From the NCBI RefSeq assembly GCF_963921235.1, contig NC_086097.1, positions 240,066,001 to 240,130,000 of the forward strand: a stretch of DNA of 64,000 bases. The letters run 5' to 3'. Positions 12,701-24,145 of the stretch are shown here, in pieces. The notes beneath the pieces were generated by a model that saw only the letters and a list, made by a program, of their open reading frames with translations, ran no database searches and was not told the DNA's origin. The number at the start of each line of letters is the position of its first letter. Positions within the stretch are counted from its first letter, which is position 1. The stretch is from Mobula hypostoma. Taxonomy: Eukaryota. A program made the translations under genes and the position numbers.

Positions 12701-13011
12701 TGTGGGCACGTGGCCAAGTGGTTAAGGCATTGGACTAGCTACCTAAAGGTCGTGAGTTCGAGCCCCAGCCGAGGGAACGTGTTGTGTCCTTGAGCAAGGC
12801 ACTCAATCACACATTGCTCTGCGACGACACTGGTGCCAAGCTGTATGGGTCCTAATGCCCTTCCCTTCGACAACATTGGTGTCGTGGAGAGGGGAGACTT
12901 GCAGCATGGGCAACTGCTGGTCTTCCATACAACTTTGCCCAGGCCTGCGCCCTGGAGAGTGAAGACTTTCCAGGTGCATATCCATGGTCTCGCAAGACTA
13001 ACGGATGCCTT
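12701..13011 (+). mobile_element. tRNA-derived SINE with CORE-like middle, inserted in a CR1 3' fragment
   Basis: A box tggccaagtgg, B box gagttcgagccc, gtgtccttgagcaaggcactcaa centre; TSD ttgtggagg/ttgtggggg at 12692-12700 and 13012-13020. Confidence 0.85.
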
Positions 13012-13509
13012 TTGTGGGGGCCAAGTCTTTATGTATATTTAAGGCAGAGATTTTTGACTGGTTAGGGCATGAAAGGATACAGGGAGAAGGCTGGAGATTG
13101 GGACTGAGAAGAAAATTGGAACATCCATGATGAAATAGCAGAATGGACTTGATGAGCCAAATAGCCTAATTCTACTCCTATATCTTATGGTCTCATGGTC
13201 TAAACAGTGAGATAACCTTTATTTTAAATTTAAAATTAAAAATAAGCTTTATTCGTCACATGTACATTGGAATATTGAATCATTCAGTGAAATGATTCAT
13301 TTGCCACGTGCTGCCATGCTTCTGGCACCAAAAAAACATGCCCACAATTCCCCGACCCTTACCCGTACATCTTGGGATCATGAGAGGAAACTGGAGGAAG
13401 CCCAAGTAGTCACAGGGATAATGAACAAGCTCTTTACAGGCAGTGGTGGGAATTGAACTCCTATTCCTGATGATGTAAAGCTTTATGCTAACCCTTACAT
13501 TACCATGCT

Positions 13510-14235
13510 GCCCCATATGGACAAGCATGCTGAACTCACAATGATTTGAGTGGAACTAACTTTGACATCAAGGCAGCATTTGGTTGAGTATGACATCAAG
13601 AAGCCTTGCTTAAACTGGTGTCATTGGGAAACAGGGAGGAACCCCGCCACTGGTTAATAACAAAGGAAGATATTTGTGGTGACTGAAGGTCAATTACCTC
13701 AGCAACATGACATCTCTGCAGGAGCTCTTGTGTGTTATTCATTTATTTTTGTTGTTTGCGCGATTTGTTCTTTTTCTTGCGTGTTGGATGTTTGATCTCT
13801 TTTTTGAATGGGTTCCCTGTGTTTCTTCGTTTCATGGTAATCCGCACTCTGATAATAAATGTACTTTGAATCTTCTTGAATCTTCGTGTTCCTCAGGGTA
13901 CCATCCTAAGTGCTACCTCCAGCTGTTTCGTCAGTGATCTTCTTTCATCTGCAGGCTCAGAAGTAGTGATGCTCACCAGTGATAGCACAATGCTCAACTC
14001 TGTTTCTGACTCCTCCGATCATAAAGCAATCTACACCCAAATCCAGCAAGATCAGGATACTATCCAGGCCGGAGATGAGCGGTGGCAAGTAACATTCTTA
14101 CCACACAAGTGCCAGACACTGTAGATATTCAACAGGAGAAAATCCAGCAGTGAGACCCTTACATTCAGTGACATCGCCATCACTAAATCAAGATACTGTT
14201 GACTAGAATCTGAACTGGAGTAGCCATATGCACAA
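13510..14235 (+). mobile_element. Old CR1-group LINE RT fragment interrupted by a Rex-type 3' tail (about 13717-13882)
   Basis: tttgacatcaaggcagcattt (FDIKAAF), VPQG..L and WQVTFLPHKCQ remnants. Confidence 0.6.
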
Positions 14236-14237
14236 GG

Positions 14238-14422
14238 GGACACCACCGTAACGCAGCGGTTAGCGTGTTCATTTCTGATGCTGCCTGTAAGAAGTTTGCA
14301 CATCCTTCCCGTGAGTGTGTGGGTTTCCTCCGGGTGCTCCGGTTTCCTCCCACAGTCCAAAGGTGTTCCAGTTGATAGGTTAATTGCTCGCTGTAAACTG
14401 TTTCGTGATTAGGCAGGGTTAA
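14238..14422 (+). mobile_element. V-SINE (HE1-like)
   Basis: Well-preserved V core gtgtgtgggtttcctccgggtgctccggtttcctcccacagtccaaag. Confidence 0.75.
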
Positions 14423-15224
14423 GGGGTCTCAGCCCGACATATCGATTGTTGATTCCCCTGCCTGACTTGCGTTTCTTCAGCATTTTGTGTGTGTGCATTA
14501 CTCTGGACATCCAGTATGTGCAGAATCCCTTGTGTCTACGACGAAAATTGAATGTTGGCTCAGACTGTAAGCCTTGCATTTACTGAATCAACAAAATACA
14601 ATCCCAATTTAGTGGGCATATATCATCAATTATGTCACAAGAACATCCAACTTCATGCAGGTGTTGCCCGATGTCAGGTACTTCCCCCTGACACAAATGC
14701 AAACATTAAATAATCAAAAAGTCTCTACATATTAAAGCAGCAAAAAATAATCTTTCTCGGCCAAATGTGTTTCGTTGTGTAACAATACTGAACGTATCTA
14801 TTAAAGAAATGTTGGGCCACTTTTTTGTCTGGGAAAGGAAAGCAGCATGTAAACAATATTCGCTTTGATAGGGTACAAATCAGCTTGCAACTTGAAGCAG
14901 GGAAGAGATATCCAGTGAATTATAATAGGCCTCAGGCTGCTGGCCAAGTTGTGATGCTACTTTTGGCAAAAGTAACAGATCACTCTAAACCTCCCCATCA
15001 CTTTCAGGCAGTGAGTGAATTTACACATTGTTTGTGCGTTAATGTTGCCACAGATAATTACCTCTAGTATTCAATAGTGTAAATACTATTACAGCAATCT
15101 AAATGACGGCCAATCAGCTTCCTGGCCCAGAATGTGCCTATAAAAGTGTAGAATCTATTTCCTTAAGATAGAAAATTGTTAGGGGAGATTTAAATGGGAG
15201 AAAGATTGGTAGCTCAGGTCGGCT

Positions 15225-16058
15225 GTTTGTTCTTAGGGTTGTTCGCCGAGCTGAATGTTAGGTCGCAAACATTTTGTCACCAGTTGAGGTGACATCATCA
15301 GTGCACAATTGAGTGTTGTTTCTACCCGAGTGCTCACGCTTGTCTAACTTGTTGTTCTGACCCTGAGTCGCTGCTGGGTCCCAACCAACCAGATAGCTGA
15401 GTGTTTTTGCAGCCCAGTCATCGTGAGCATTAATTCCTCGGGCATCTGCGTCTTATCCCTTGGCCCTGATCCCGCAGACGCATAGGTTCATAGATTGCAT
15501 CTCGTTCGATATGCTTGTTAATAGAATCCTCCATTCCTAAGCTTCTAGGAATTTTCGTGATTTCTTGTTTTGTGTTTCTGCCAGAATGTTTGTAGTTTCC
15601 CAGGCAAACTTGTGTCCTTTTTGGTCTTGATGTACTGAGAGGAGTGACAGAGGATCGGGTCTTCTTATGGCTAGTAGATGTTCACGTAGTCTCATGGGCA
15701 GTTTTATCCCCATCTGTCCTACATAGTGTTTGAGACAGTCTCCACATTGGATATGGTATATTATGCTTGTTATCTCCCTGTGGGCAGTTGGATCTTGAGA
15801 CAAACAAGGTTGTGCTGGGACATCCGAGGAATCAATGCTCACAATGATCGATGACCAGGGAGACGGGCCACCAAGGATCACTCGGCTCTCAGTGGAATCT
15901 AGCAGCTAGCGTGACAGCCAACCAACCACAACAGTTAGTCAGACCAAAATAAATGTGAGCACTCAGCAGAAGCAACACTCAACTGTGCACAGATGATGTC
16001 ACCTCGACTGGTGATGAAATGTTTGCAACCTAACCTCCATGCTTAGTGAACAATCCTA
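15225..16058 (-). mobile_element. Penelope-like element, second family, with inverted terminal segments
   Basis: ORF 15537-15881 has IIYHIQCGDC...YVGQ...RLREH (GIY-YIG); about 15229-15340 and 15953-16058 are diverged inverted repeats each holding a decayed hammerhead core. Confidence 0.75.
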
Positions 16059-16061
16059 AAT

Positions 16062-16726
16062 AAGTGGTTTAGGAGGGGAGGAGAAGATGGCGGCGCAACG
16101 CAGCGCACACAGCCGCTCCAAAATGATACCATATTTGTGAAGTAGGATGCCGTGCACAATCCTGATTTGATGGAGACAGCTGTGAGAAGCACGGAGGAAC
16201 ATCTGGAGAAACTTCTGAAATGCCCGCTTTGCTACCGCTGCTACTGTGTGATCGAGGATCTCTGGAGGGGAAGGCCCCAAGTCCTCGGCTTTGCCTTTTG
16301 CCTGTTGCCCGGACCGGGGTCAAAGCGCTCAGCAGAGATGGTGCTCGGTGTCGGAGGCTCAAAGTTTTCAGATGGACTCAAGAGTCGGCTGTGGTCGGGT
16401 GCTTCCAGGATGCTGCATCGGCAAGTTTGTGGCGCTGGAGGCTCATGGCAGGGAGAGTTTTTCTTCCTTCTCAGTCTGCATGAGATGATGGGACTTTCGA
16501 GAGACTTTGAGACTTTTTTCACCATCCCCATGGTCTGTTCTTATCAAATCACAGTATTGAATTGCACTGTTGTAACTATATGTTATAATTATGTGGTCTT
16601 TATCAGTTTTTCAGTCTTGTTTGTCTTGTGTTTCTGTGATATCATTCTGGAGGAACATTGTATCATTTCTTAATGCATACATTACCAAATGACAATAAAA
16701 GAGGACTGCGTGTCCTCATAATCTAA
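16062..16726 (+). mobile_element. Short non-autonomous retroposon (AAGATGGCG head, LINE-type 3' tail), copy 1
   Basis: Colinear with 46817-47451; starts ggaggagaagatggcggcg; ends aataaaa-gaggac tgcgt gtcctc-ataatctaat. Confidence 0.75.
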
Positions 16727-16759
16727 TAGTTAAAACAATCTAATCTAATTAAATTGCAA

Positions 16760-17225
16760 AAAGAGCAGAATTAGTGAGGTGGTGTTCATCGTTTCATGGA
16801 TCTTTCAGAATTCTAATGTTGGAGGGAAGAAGCTGTTCCTAAAAAAAACGAGTGTGTCTTCAGGCACCTGTACCTCAGCTCTAACGGTAGTATTGTGAAG
16901 AGGGCATGTCCTGGATGATGAGGGTGCATAATATTGGATGCTGAATTATCAATGCTGGAAGATGTCCTCAGTGCTGGGGAGGTTAGTGTCCATGATGGAG
17001 CTGGCTGACTGGACAACCCTATGCAGCTTTTTCTAATCCTATGCCATAGATTCTCCTTACCAGACTGTGGTGAAATGAGTCAGCGTGCTCTCCGCAGTCC
17101 ATCAGTGGACATTTTACAGGGTATTTGATGACATACTAAGTCTATTCAAGCTCCTAATGAAATGTAGCCTCTAGTGTGCCTTCTTTGTATATTAGACCCA
17201 GGAAAAACCTTCAGAGGTGTTGAAA
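16760..17225 (-). mobile_element. Rex1/Babar LINE 3' fragment
   Basis: ASNIMHPHHPGHALFTILP...RYRCLKT remnant. Confidence 0.7.
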
Positions 17226-17901
17226 CTTTCACTCTTATTTTTTTCCAATATTTATTTGCCTTTGGAAATATGTGATGGAAATTTAATTCATCCACTCAAA
17301 CTCACCCTCTTGGTCCTGCCTCTATTGTTTCTCAGCCTTATTTGTTAAGGTTGTTACAAAGCTCAAAATACCAAACATACAATGTTCTCACTACATCATT
17401 ATCAAATTACAAGTAGTGAATTGCATGGCAAAAAAAAAACATTCAATCAACATAAGTACTTCACTCATTATTTACTGATAAAAATCTAAAATAAATACAT
17501 AATTTAAATTGCTTCACATTGAGGAGTATTTTATAAAATATTAATGTTGTTATTATGAAAATGAATAACCACTGACTGAAGCAAGTACCAGCTTTAAGTC
17601 TTTATCGTATCAATCAACAGAAATGTTTACAAAATCACACCTTGACTTACATTGGAGCAGACAATGTAAAATTACCAAAGTTCCAAGGATGCTTAATTTT
17701 CTGCAGTACATTCATTTTGCCACAAGATGTCTTCTACATTGGACATTATCCCACACCACCGTCTATATCCAGTGACTAATAATTTTGCACTATAAGAATT
17801 TTCCTCGCCTTCAGAAGAAATAGACACAAAATATATATCACTGACCATAAAGCTAAGATCACAATTCAGAAGATTCAAGTCATACAATCTTGACAATTTT
17901 A

Positions 17902-18125
17902 GGGTGTTACAGTAGCGTTACGGTTAGTGTAACACTTTACAGCACCAGCAATCGGAAGATCAACGTTCAATTCTCTTTGCTGTCTGTAAGGAGCTTGGAC
18001 GTTCTCTGTATAACTACATGAGTTTTCTCTAGGTGCTCCAGTTTCTTTCCATATTCCAAAAGATGTACAGGTTAGGATTACTGAGTTATGCACTTGCTAT
18101 GTTGGTGCCAGACAGCGTGGTGGAG
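17902..18125 (+). mobile_element. V-SINE (HE1-like), 3'-truncated
   Basis: tRNA-like head gtagcgttacggttagtgtaacac and decayed V core. Confidence 0.65.
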
Positions 18126-18687
18126 TCCAGGTGTGGGGCCGGCAACTTGGCTTCACCCAGGGAGAACGTCTGGAAAGTCTTGGCATGGACCAGTCTTTCC
18201 CCTTGCAAGTTGACCAGCAGGCTGTGGGCTCACAAGAAGTCCACCCCCAGGAGTAGTTGGGCCACGGCAGCCAGTGTGAAATCCCACATGAACCGGCTGG
18301 CACCGAACTGTAGCTGCACTGTGCTGTAGGACCAAATCGTGCTGCCGCTTGTGGCCCTCAGGGTGGGTCCTGTCACCCTGTTGCGGGTGTAATACCCTGT
18401 CGGTGGTAAGACACTGATATCCGCTCTGGTGTCGACCAAGAAGTGGCATCCAGACTGTTTTTCCCATTAGCGGCAGCTGGTCCTGGCGTTTCCCGGGAAC
18501 TTGCAGGGCGGGAGACTACGGCGGGCTTCTGTGCTCCACCGCTGGTGGTAGAACCACCACTGTTCATTGGCCTCCTCACTTCTTCCTCTGGGTTGTGTGC
18601 GCTCCGTTGCCAGGCCTGGTCTGGCCTGCTGTTGGGCGCGTGGCTTGGTAATCTGTCCAACGGACGCCCCGCTCTCCCTCTAGACTT

Positions 18688-19107
18688 TTAGGCTTTCCAC
18701 AGCACGGCTGCCACCTTCTGGGGGTCACTGAAATCTGCGTCGGCCAGCAGCAGATGTATGTCCTCGGGCAGTTGCTCTAGGAACACCTGCTCAAAGATAA
18801 GGCAGGGCTTGTGTCCTTCAGCCAGGGCCAGCATCTCGTTCATTAATGCTGACGGCGGCCTGTCTCCCAAACCATCCAGGTGCAGCAAGCGGGCACCTCG
18901 CTCACGCCGTGAGAGGCCAAAGGTCTCTATGAGCAGCGCTTCGAATGCTGCATATTTGCCTTCTTCGGGGGGGGGGGGTGACTGTATGAAATCCCCAACC
19001 CGTGCAGCTGTCTCCTGGTCAAGGGAGCTCACCATGTAATAGTAACTTGTGTAATCTGAAGATATCTGCCGAATCTGGAACTGGGCTTCTGCTTGGTCAA
19101 ACCACAC
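18688..19107 (-). pseudogene. gag: Gag fragment of CsRn1-like element
   Basis: WF.QAEAQF and LGDRPPSALMNEMLAL motifs; frame broken downstream. Confidence 0.75.
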
Positions 19108-19196
19108 ACGTGGTCACAGCGTCCAGAAAGTTGGCAGTTCTAGCGAAACTGCGTGAACAGAGGAAGAGTCGATCATCTTTGGTCCAAATCCCGTTT

Positions 19197-19214
19197 GAAC
19201 TGTTGGGGTCACCA
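19197..19214 (-). promoter_or_regulatory. Primer-binding site, tRNA-Trp-like
   Basis: TGGTGACCCCAACAGTTC one base after the LTR; first 10 nt match the canonical tRNA-Trp PBS TGGTGACCCC. Confidence 0.75.
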
Positions 19215-19694
19215 ATGTGGCGATGTGCTACACACAGAGCTAGAAATAACGACACGCAGTCTGTAAGTCACACTCGAGACTCGTTTATTCAAACTTCGCG
19301 GCACTGACTTTTAAGCAGTTCCCCTTCAGCCCCCTCCGGGCATACATGACGTCAGAGGTGCATTACAAAATTCTCTCCCCACGCGTGGGCTATTTTGTGA
19401 GCCAGTTCGCTTGTGTAGAAAGTGGATCGCCACAAGATTAGCTTTATTTGCCACATGTATATCAAAACATTAAGTTATCTAGTGAAATATGCCATTTGTG
19501 TCGAGGATGTGATACAAGTATCTCCTTGCTTCTGGCACCAACATTCTGGCCCACAACGTACTAACCCGAAGCAGCATATACAAAATGTTGGAGGATATCA
19601 GAAGGCCCGGCAGCCTTTATGTAAAAGAGAAAGCAGTTGACATTTTGGGAAGGGACCCTTCATCATTACCAACCCTAACCTTGGAACTATAGGG

Positions 19695-21100
19695 GAATTA
19701 TAGGCCGGTTAGCCTAACGTCGGTGGTGGGGAAACTGCTGGAGTCAGTTATCAAGGATGTGATAACAGCACATTTGGAAAGCGGTGAAATGATCGGACAA
19801 AGTCAGTATGGATTTGTGAAAGGAAAATCATGTCTGACGAATCTCATAGAATTTTTTGAGGATGTAACTAGTAGAGTGGATAGGGGAGAACCAGTGGATG
19901 TGGTATATTTGGATTTTCAAAAGGCTTTTGACAAGGTCCCACACAGGAGATTAGTGTGCAAACTTAAAGCACATGGTATTGGGGGTAAGGTATTGGTGTG
20001 GGTGGAGAATTGGTTAGCAGACAGGAAGCAAAGAGTGGGAATAAACGGGACCTTTTCAGAATGGCAGGCGGTGACTAGTGGGGTACCGCAAGGCTCAGTG
20101 CTGGGACCCCAGTTGTTTACAATATATATTAATGACTTGGATGAGGGAATTAAATGCAGCATCTCCAAGTTTGCGGATGACACGAAGCTGGGTGGCAGTG
20201 TTAGCAGTGAGGAGGATGCTAAGAGGATGCAGGGTGACTTGGATAGGTTGGGTGAGTGGGCAAACTCATGGCAGATGCAATTTAATGTGGATAAATGTGA
20301 AGTTATCCACTTTGGTGGCAAAAATAGGAAAACAGATTATTATCTGAATGGTGGCCGATTAGGAAAAGGGGAGGTGCAACGAGACCTGGGTGTCATTATA
20401 CACCAGTCATTGAAAGTGGGCATGCAGGTACAGCAGGCGGTGAAAAAGGCGAACGGTATGCTGGCATTTATAGCAAGAGGATTCGAGTACAGGAGCAGGG
20501 AGGTACTACTGCAGTTGTACAAGGCCTTGGTGAGACCACACCTGGAGTATTGTGTGCAGTTTTGGTCCCCTAATCTGAGGAAAGACATCCTTGCCATAGA
20601 GGGAGTACAAAGAAGGTTCACCAGATTGATTCCTGGGATGGCAGGTCTTTCATATGAAGAAAGACTGGATGAACTGGGCTTGTACTCGTTGGAATTTAGA
20701 AGATTGAGGGGGGATCTGATTGAAACGTATAAGATCCTAAAGGGATTGGACAGGCTAGATGCGGGAAGATTGTTCCCGATGTTGGGGAGGTCTAGAACGA
20801 GGGGTCACAGTTTGAGGATAGAGGGGAAGCCTTTTAGGACCGAGATTAGGAAAAACTTCTTCACACAGAGAGTGGTGAATCTGTGGAATTCTCTGCCACA
20901 GCAAACTGTTGAGGCCAGTTCATTAGCTATGTTTAAAAGGAAGTTAGATATGGCCCTTGTGGCTACAGGGGTCACGGGGTATGGAGGGAAGGCTGGGTTC
21001 TGAGTTGGATGATCAGCCATGATCATAATAAATGGCGGTGCAGGCTCGAAGGGCCGAATGGCCTACTCCTGCACCTATTTTCTATGTTTCTATGTTTCTA
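19695..21100 (+). mobile_element. CR1 LINE, 5'-truncated, young
   Basis: Uninterrupted RT ORF to natural stop, 3' UTR and (tttctatg)n tail. Confidence 0.95.
19723..21003 (+). CDS. CR1 ORF2 reverse transcriptase domain (no endonuclease, 5'-truncated)
   Basis: 426 aa open frame with [21 protein letters not shown] and RPHLEYC motifs. Confidence 0.85.
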   Translation: MVGKLLESVIKDVITAHLESGEMIGQSQYGFVKGKSCLTNLIEFFEDVTSRVDRGEPVDVVYLDFQKAFDKVPHRRLVCKLKAHGIGGKVLVWVENWLADRKQRVGINGTFSEWQAVTSGVPQGSVLGPQLFTIYINDLDEGIKCSISKFADDTKLGGSVSSEEDAKRMQGDLDRLGEWANSWQMQFNVDKCEVIHFGGKNRKTDYYLNGGRLGKGEVQRDLGVIIHQSLKVGMQVQQAVKKANGMLAFIARGFEYRSREVLLQLYKALVRPHLEYCVQFWSPNLRKDILAIEGVQRRFTRLIPGMAGLSYEERLDELGLYSLEFRRLRGDLIETYKILKGLDRLDAGRLFPMLGRSRTRGHSLRIEGKPFRTEIRKNFFTQRVVNLWNSLPQQTVEASSLAMFKRKLDMALVATGVTGYGGKAGF

Positions 21101-21884
21101 ACTGTGATTCCTCTCTCCCTGCCCCCTTCCCACACTCAGTCCAATACAGTGCAACACGTAAAATTACTACACAGTCTTTGGAATGTAGGAGAAACCAGAA
21201 CACCCAGAAGAAGCCCATGAGGTGACAGGTAGAACGTACCAACTCCTTACAGACCACAGCAGGAATTGCACCCCATTCTTACTGAGGGAAAGTATTATGC
21301 TCATTGCCACACTGTTGTGCCACCTGATTGGCAGTTTGGTAAATTAAATTGATAAGGTGGTTTATTGATGTCATGTGTACTGAGAGACAGTTCAAAGCTT
21401 TGTTTTGTACCATCCATACAGGTAATGTCATCACAACAGTGCAATGAGGAAGTCCAAGGGAAAACGATAACAGAGTGAAGAATAAAGTTACAGATTACAG
21501 AGAAAGCTCAGTGCAGGTCGACAGTGAGGTGCAAGGCTATGACAAGGTGGACTGTGTAACGAAGAATTCATTTTATCAAACTTGGGGAGGATTCAATAGT
21601 CTTATAATAGAAGCTGTCCTTGAGCCTGGTGGTACATAATTTCATGATTTTACGGTCTTATGGATTCCCACCACTGTCTGTAAGCGATTGTACATTTTCC
21701 CTGTGACCGCATGGGTGTTTTGTTTTCGCCCACGTTCCAAAGACATACAGGTTAGGGTTAGTGAGTTATGGGCATGCCATGTTGATGCTGGAAGCCTGGC
21801 GACACTTGTGGGTGGACTAGCATTACCCCCATTGATTTGACGCAAAACAACTTATTTCACTATATGCTCATGTGACATCATCAT

Positions 21885-22305
21885 GGACCGCAACCATCCA
21901 GGCCGTGGTCTCTTCTTGCTGTAGCCATGGGGAAAGAGGTACAGGAGCTGTACACCACAAACCACCAGGTTCACAAACAGTTTTTAACACCTCAACCATC
22001 AGGCTGTTGAACCAGAGTGAATAATTTCACCCACCATAATTCTGAACTGATTCAAAGGACTTGCAATTCATTTTCTCAGTATTAATTCATTATTATTATT
22101 ATTATTATTATTATTGTTGTTTTGCAATTGTATTGTGTGTCTTCTTTTGCACAATGGATAATACTTTAGCTGAGTGTCGTTTTTCATTGATGCTGTAGTT
22201 TTTTTTCTGTTTTACTGTAAGTGCCTTCAGGATGAATCTTAGAGTAGTATATACTGATAGGTACATTTTGTACTTTGATAATAAATTTACTTTGAACTTT
22301 GACCT
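21885..22305 (+). mobile_element. Rex1/Babar LINE 3' end
   Basis: catccaggccgtggtctcttc...aggtacaggagc; ends aataaatttactttgaactttgacctttgaac. Confidence 0.7.
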
Positions 22306-22449
22306 TTGAACAAATAAAGTTAATCTTTAATCTTCATTCTCTATCAGTAGACCTTTCGTTGATCCAGATTGACCATGGGTATTGTGTCCCAGCTCTCTGC
22401 ACAAGCCAGGGCAGTACAATGTGGAGAGCGAGCTGTCGCCCATGCAGCA

Positions 22450-23027
22450 ACACTCACAACACGCTGGAGGAACTCAGCAGGTCGGGCAGCATCCGTGGAA
22501 ACGATCAGTCAATGTTTCGGGCCGGAGCCCTTCGTCAAGACTGTAGGGGGAAGGGGCAGAGGCCCTATAAAGAAGGTGGGAGGAGGGTGGGAAGGAGAAG
22601 GCTGGTAGGTTCCAGGTGAAAATTCTCCAATTTCTGGTAATTCCCTTCCCCTATCCCTATGTCACTCTGCCCCCTCCCCCAGCTGCCTATCACTTCCCTC
22701 ATGGTTCCGCCTCCTTCTACTAACCATTATGTTTTCCCCTATTCCTTCTTCACCTTTCCTGCCTATCCCCTGCCTGCCTCCCCTCCCCCACCCCTTTGTC
22801 TTTCCCCTTACTGGTTTTTCACCTGGAACCTACCAGCCGTCTCCTTCCCACCCTCCCCCCACCTTTTTTATAGGGCCTCTGCCTCTTCCCTCTACAGTCC
22901 TGACGAAGGGTTCTGGCCTGAAACGTCGACCGATCTTTTTCACGGATGCTGCCCGACCTGCTGAGTTTCTCCAGCGTGTTGTGAGTGTTGCTTTGACCCC
23001 AGCATCTGCAGATTATTTTGTGTTTGT
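22450..23027. mobile_element. Penelope-like fold-back insertion with 12 bp TSD
   Basis: Arm about 22446-22622 is the reverse complement of about 22816-22992; TSD gcccatgcagca at 22438-22449 and 23028-23039. Confidence 0.88.
22895..22932 (+). ncRNA. Minimal hammerhead ribozyme motif
   Basis: cagtc CTGACGA agggttctggcct GAAA cgtc gaccg. Confidence 0.75.
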
Positions 23028-24145
23028 GCCCATGCAGCAGGCTTCCCATCTCCACACTGCTGATGAATCCATAGAAATAGCAGTGACTAATACAGTTTGG
23101 CACCAGTGGCGTCGCAGGAATTGCCAGTCAGTGCTGAACTCAACATAGGACTGGCTTATGTACTCCATTAGTAGATTTTTCCTTGCGTTGACTCCTGAGG
23201 CCTTCGCTATGAGTGGGTATAGCTGCAAGTCAGAGGAAGTTTGCGACCAGAGTTTTCCTTCTCCTAGATAAGCTGCTGACCACACTGACGAGCCCTCTCT
23301 GCTTGAAGTCCTTGGTTTTAAAGCACCAGTAACCCACCATTACCCATCCTCCTGTCAGTAGAAACAGTTCTACCAGGCTTAGTAGATAAGCCACACGTGA
23401 TGGCCAGGAGCTGGACTTGGTTGTCAGAGACTATTTGAGTTGCACATCATTGGGAGCATTTAATAGGTAGTGGGAACTTGTCCCCACTAACACCCGCAGC
23501 TATGCAAACCTTAATGAACCCCTCAACCTCGATTAATTTGCTTGTTATTTATCGGAATTAAGCATTGTGGTTTGCGTTTGTCGAAAATATTCACAATATT
23601 AAAATATAGCAATATGTTCAGGGATATAATGGAAAAGATATTTGATTCTGTAGAGCTATGAAGCTCTGTTCACAACAAAATAAGTAAAGCTGCAGAAATT
23701 ACTGCTCACGGCAGTAAGAATAACAGACAGATGGTTTCAGACAGTGTACTGAGAAGATAGTCCAATGAACCAAGTAGTTTGAACTATTCAACCAATGATC
23801 CCTGCAGGTGTTTACAACTCCAACAACAAAACAGGAGTAACTGACTTAAAGCTAAATACCCTGGCAGGAATGAAAGGGAAGAGTAAATTGAGAACATGAG
23901 TGCACAATCTCACATATAAAATTGATTAAAATATCAATAAATTTGCAAACCTGAATAAAAAGAAATTCAAAAAATACAAAACTTCCAGAATAGATACCTC
24001 AAGAAAAAGTAGATGGTTAAGAGAGGTATGGAGGGCTACGATGTGGGTGCAGATCAACGTGACTAGGCAGAATAATAGTTTGGCATTGACTAGGTGGGCT
24101 GAAGGGCCTGTTTTTGTGTTGTAGAAACTCTCTGACTCTAAGAAA

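Larger units (their letters stand above)
18130..19434 (-). mobile_element. CsRn1-like Gypsy LTR retrotransposon, 5' part only (LTR, PBS, gag, protease)
   Basis: LTR 19216-19434 with 9-bp terminal inverted repeats tgtggcgat/atcgccaca; tRNA-Trp-like PBS; gag WFDQAEAQF...YYYMVSSLD; protease LVDTRADISV...LLGVDFL; truncated before RT. Confidence 0.85.

Noticed and set aside
12701..12775. tRNA gene
   Set aside because: The A/B boxes run straight into a SINE body repeated at 24146-24469 with TSDs; this is a SINE head.
16056..16673. Overlapping ORFs of 65-173 aa
   Set aside because: Frames are not conserved in the second copy at 46817-47451; GC-rich non-coding repeat.
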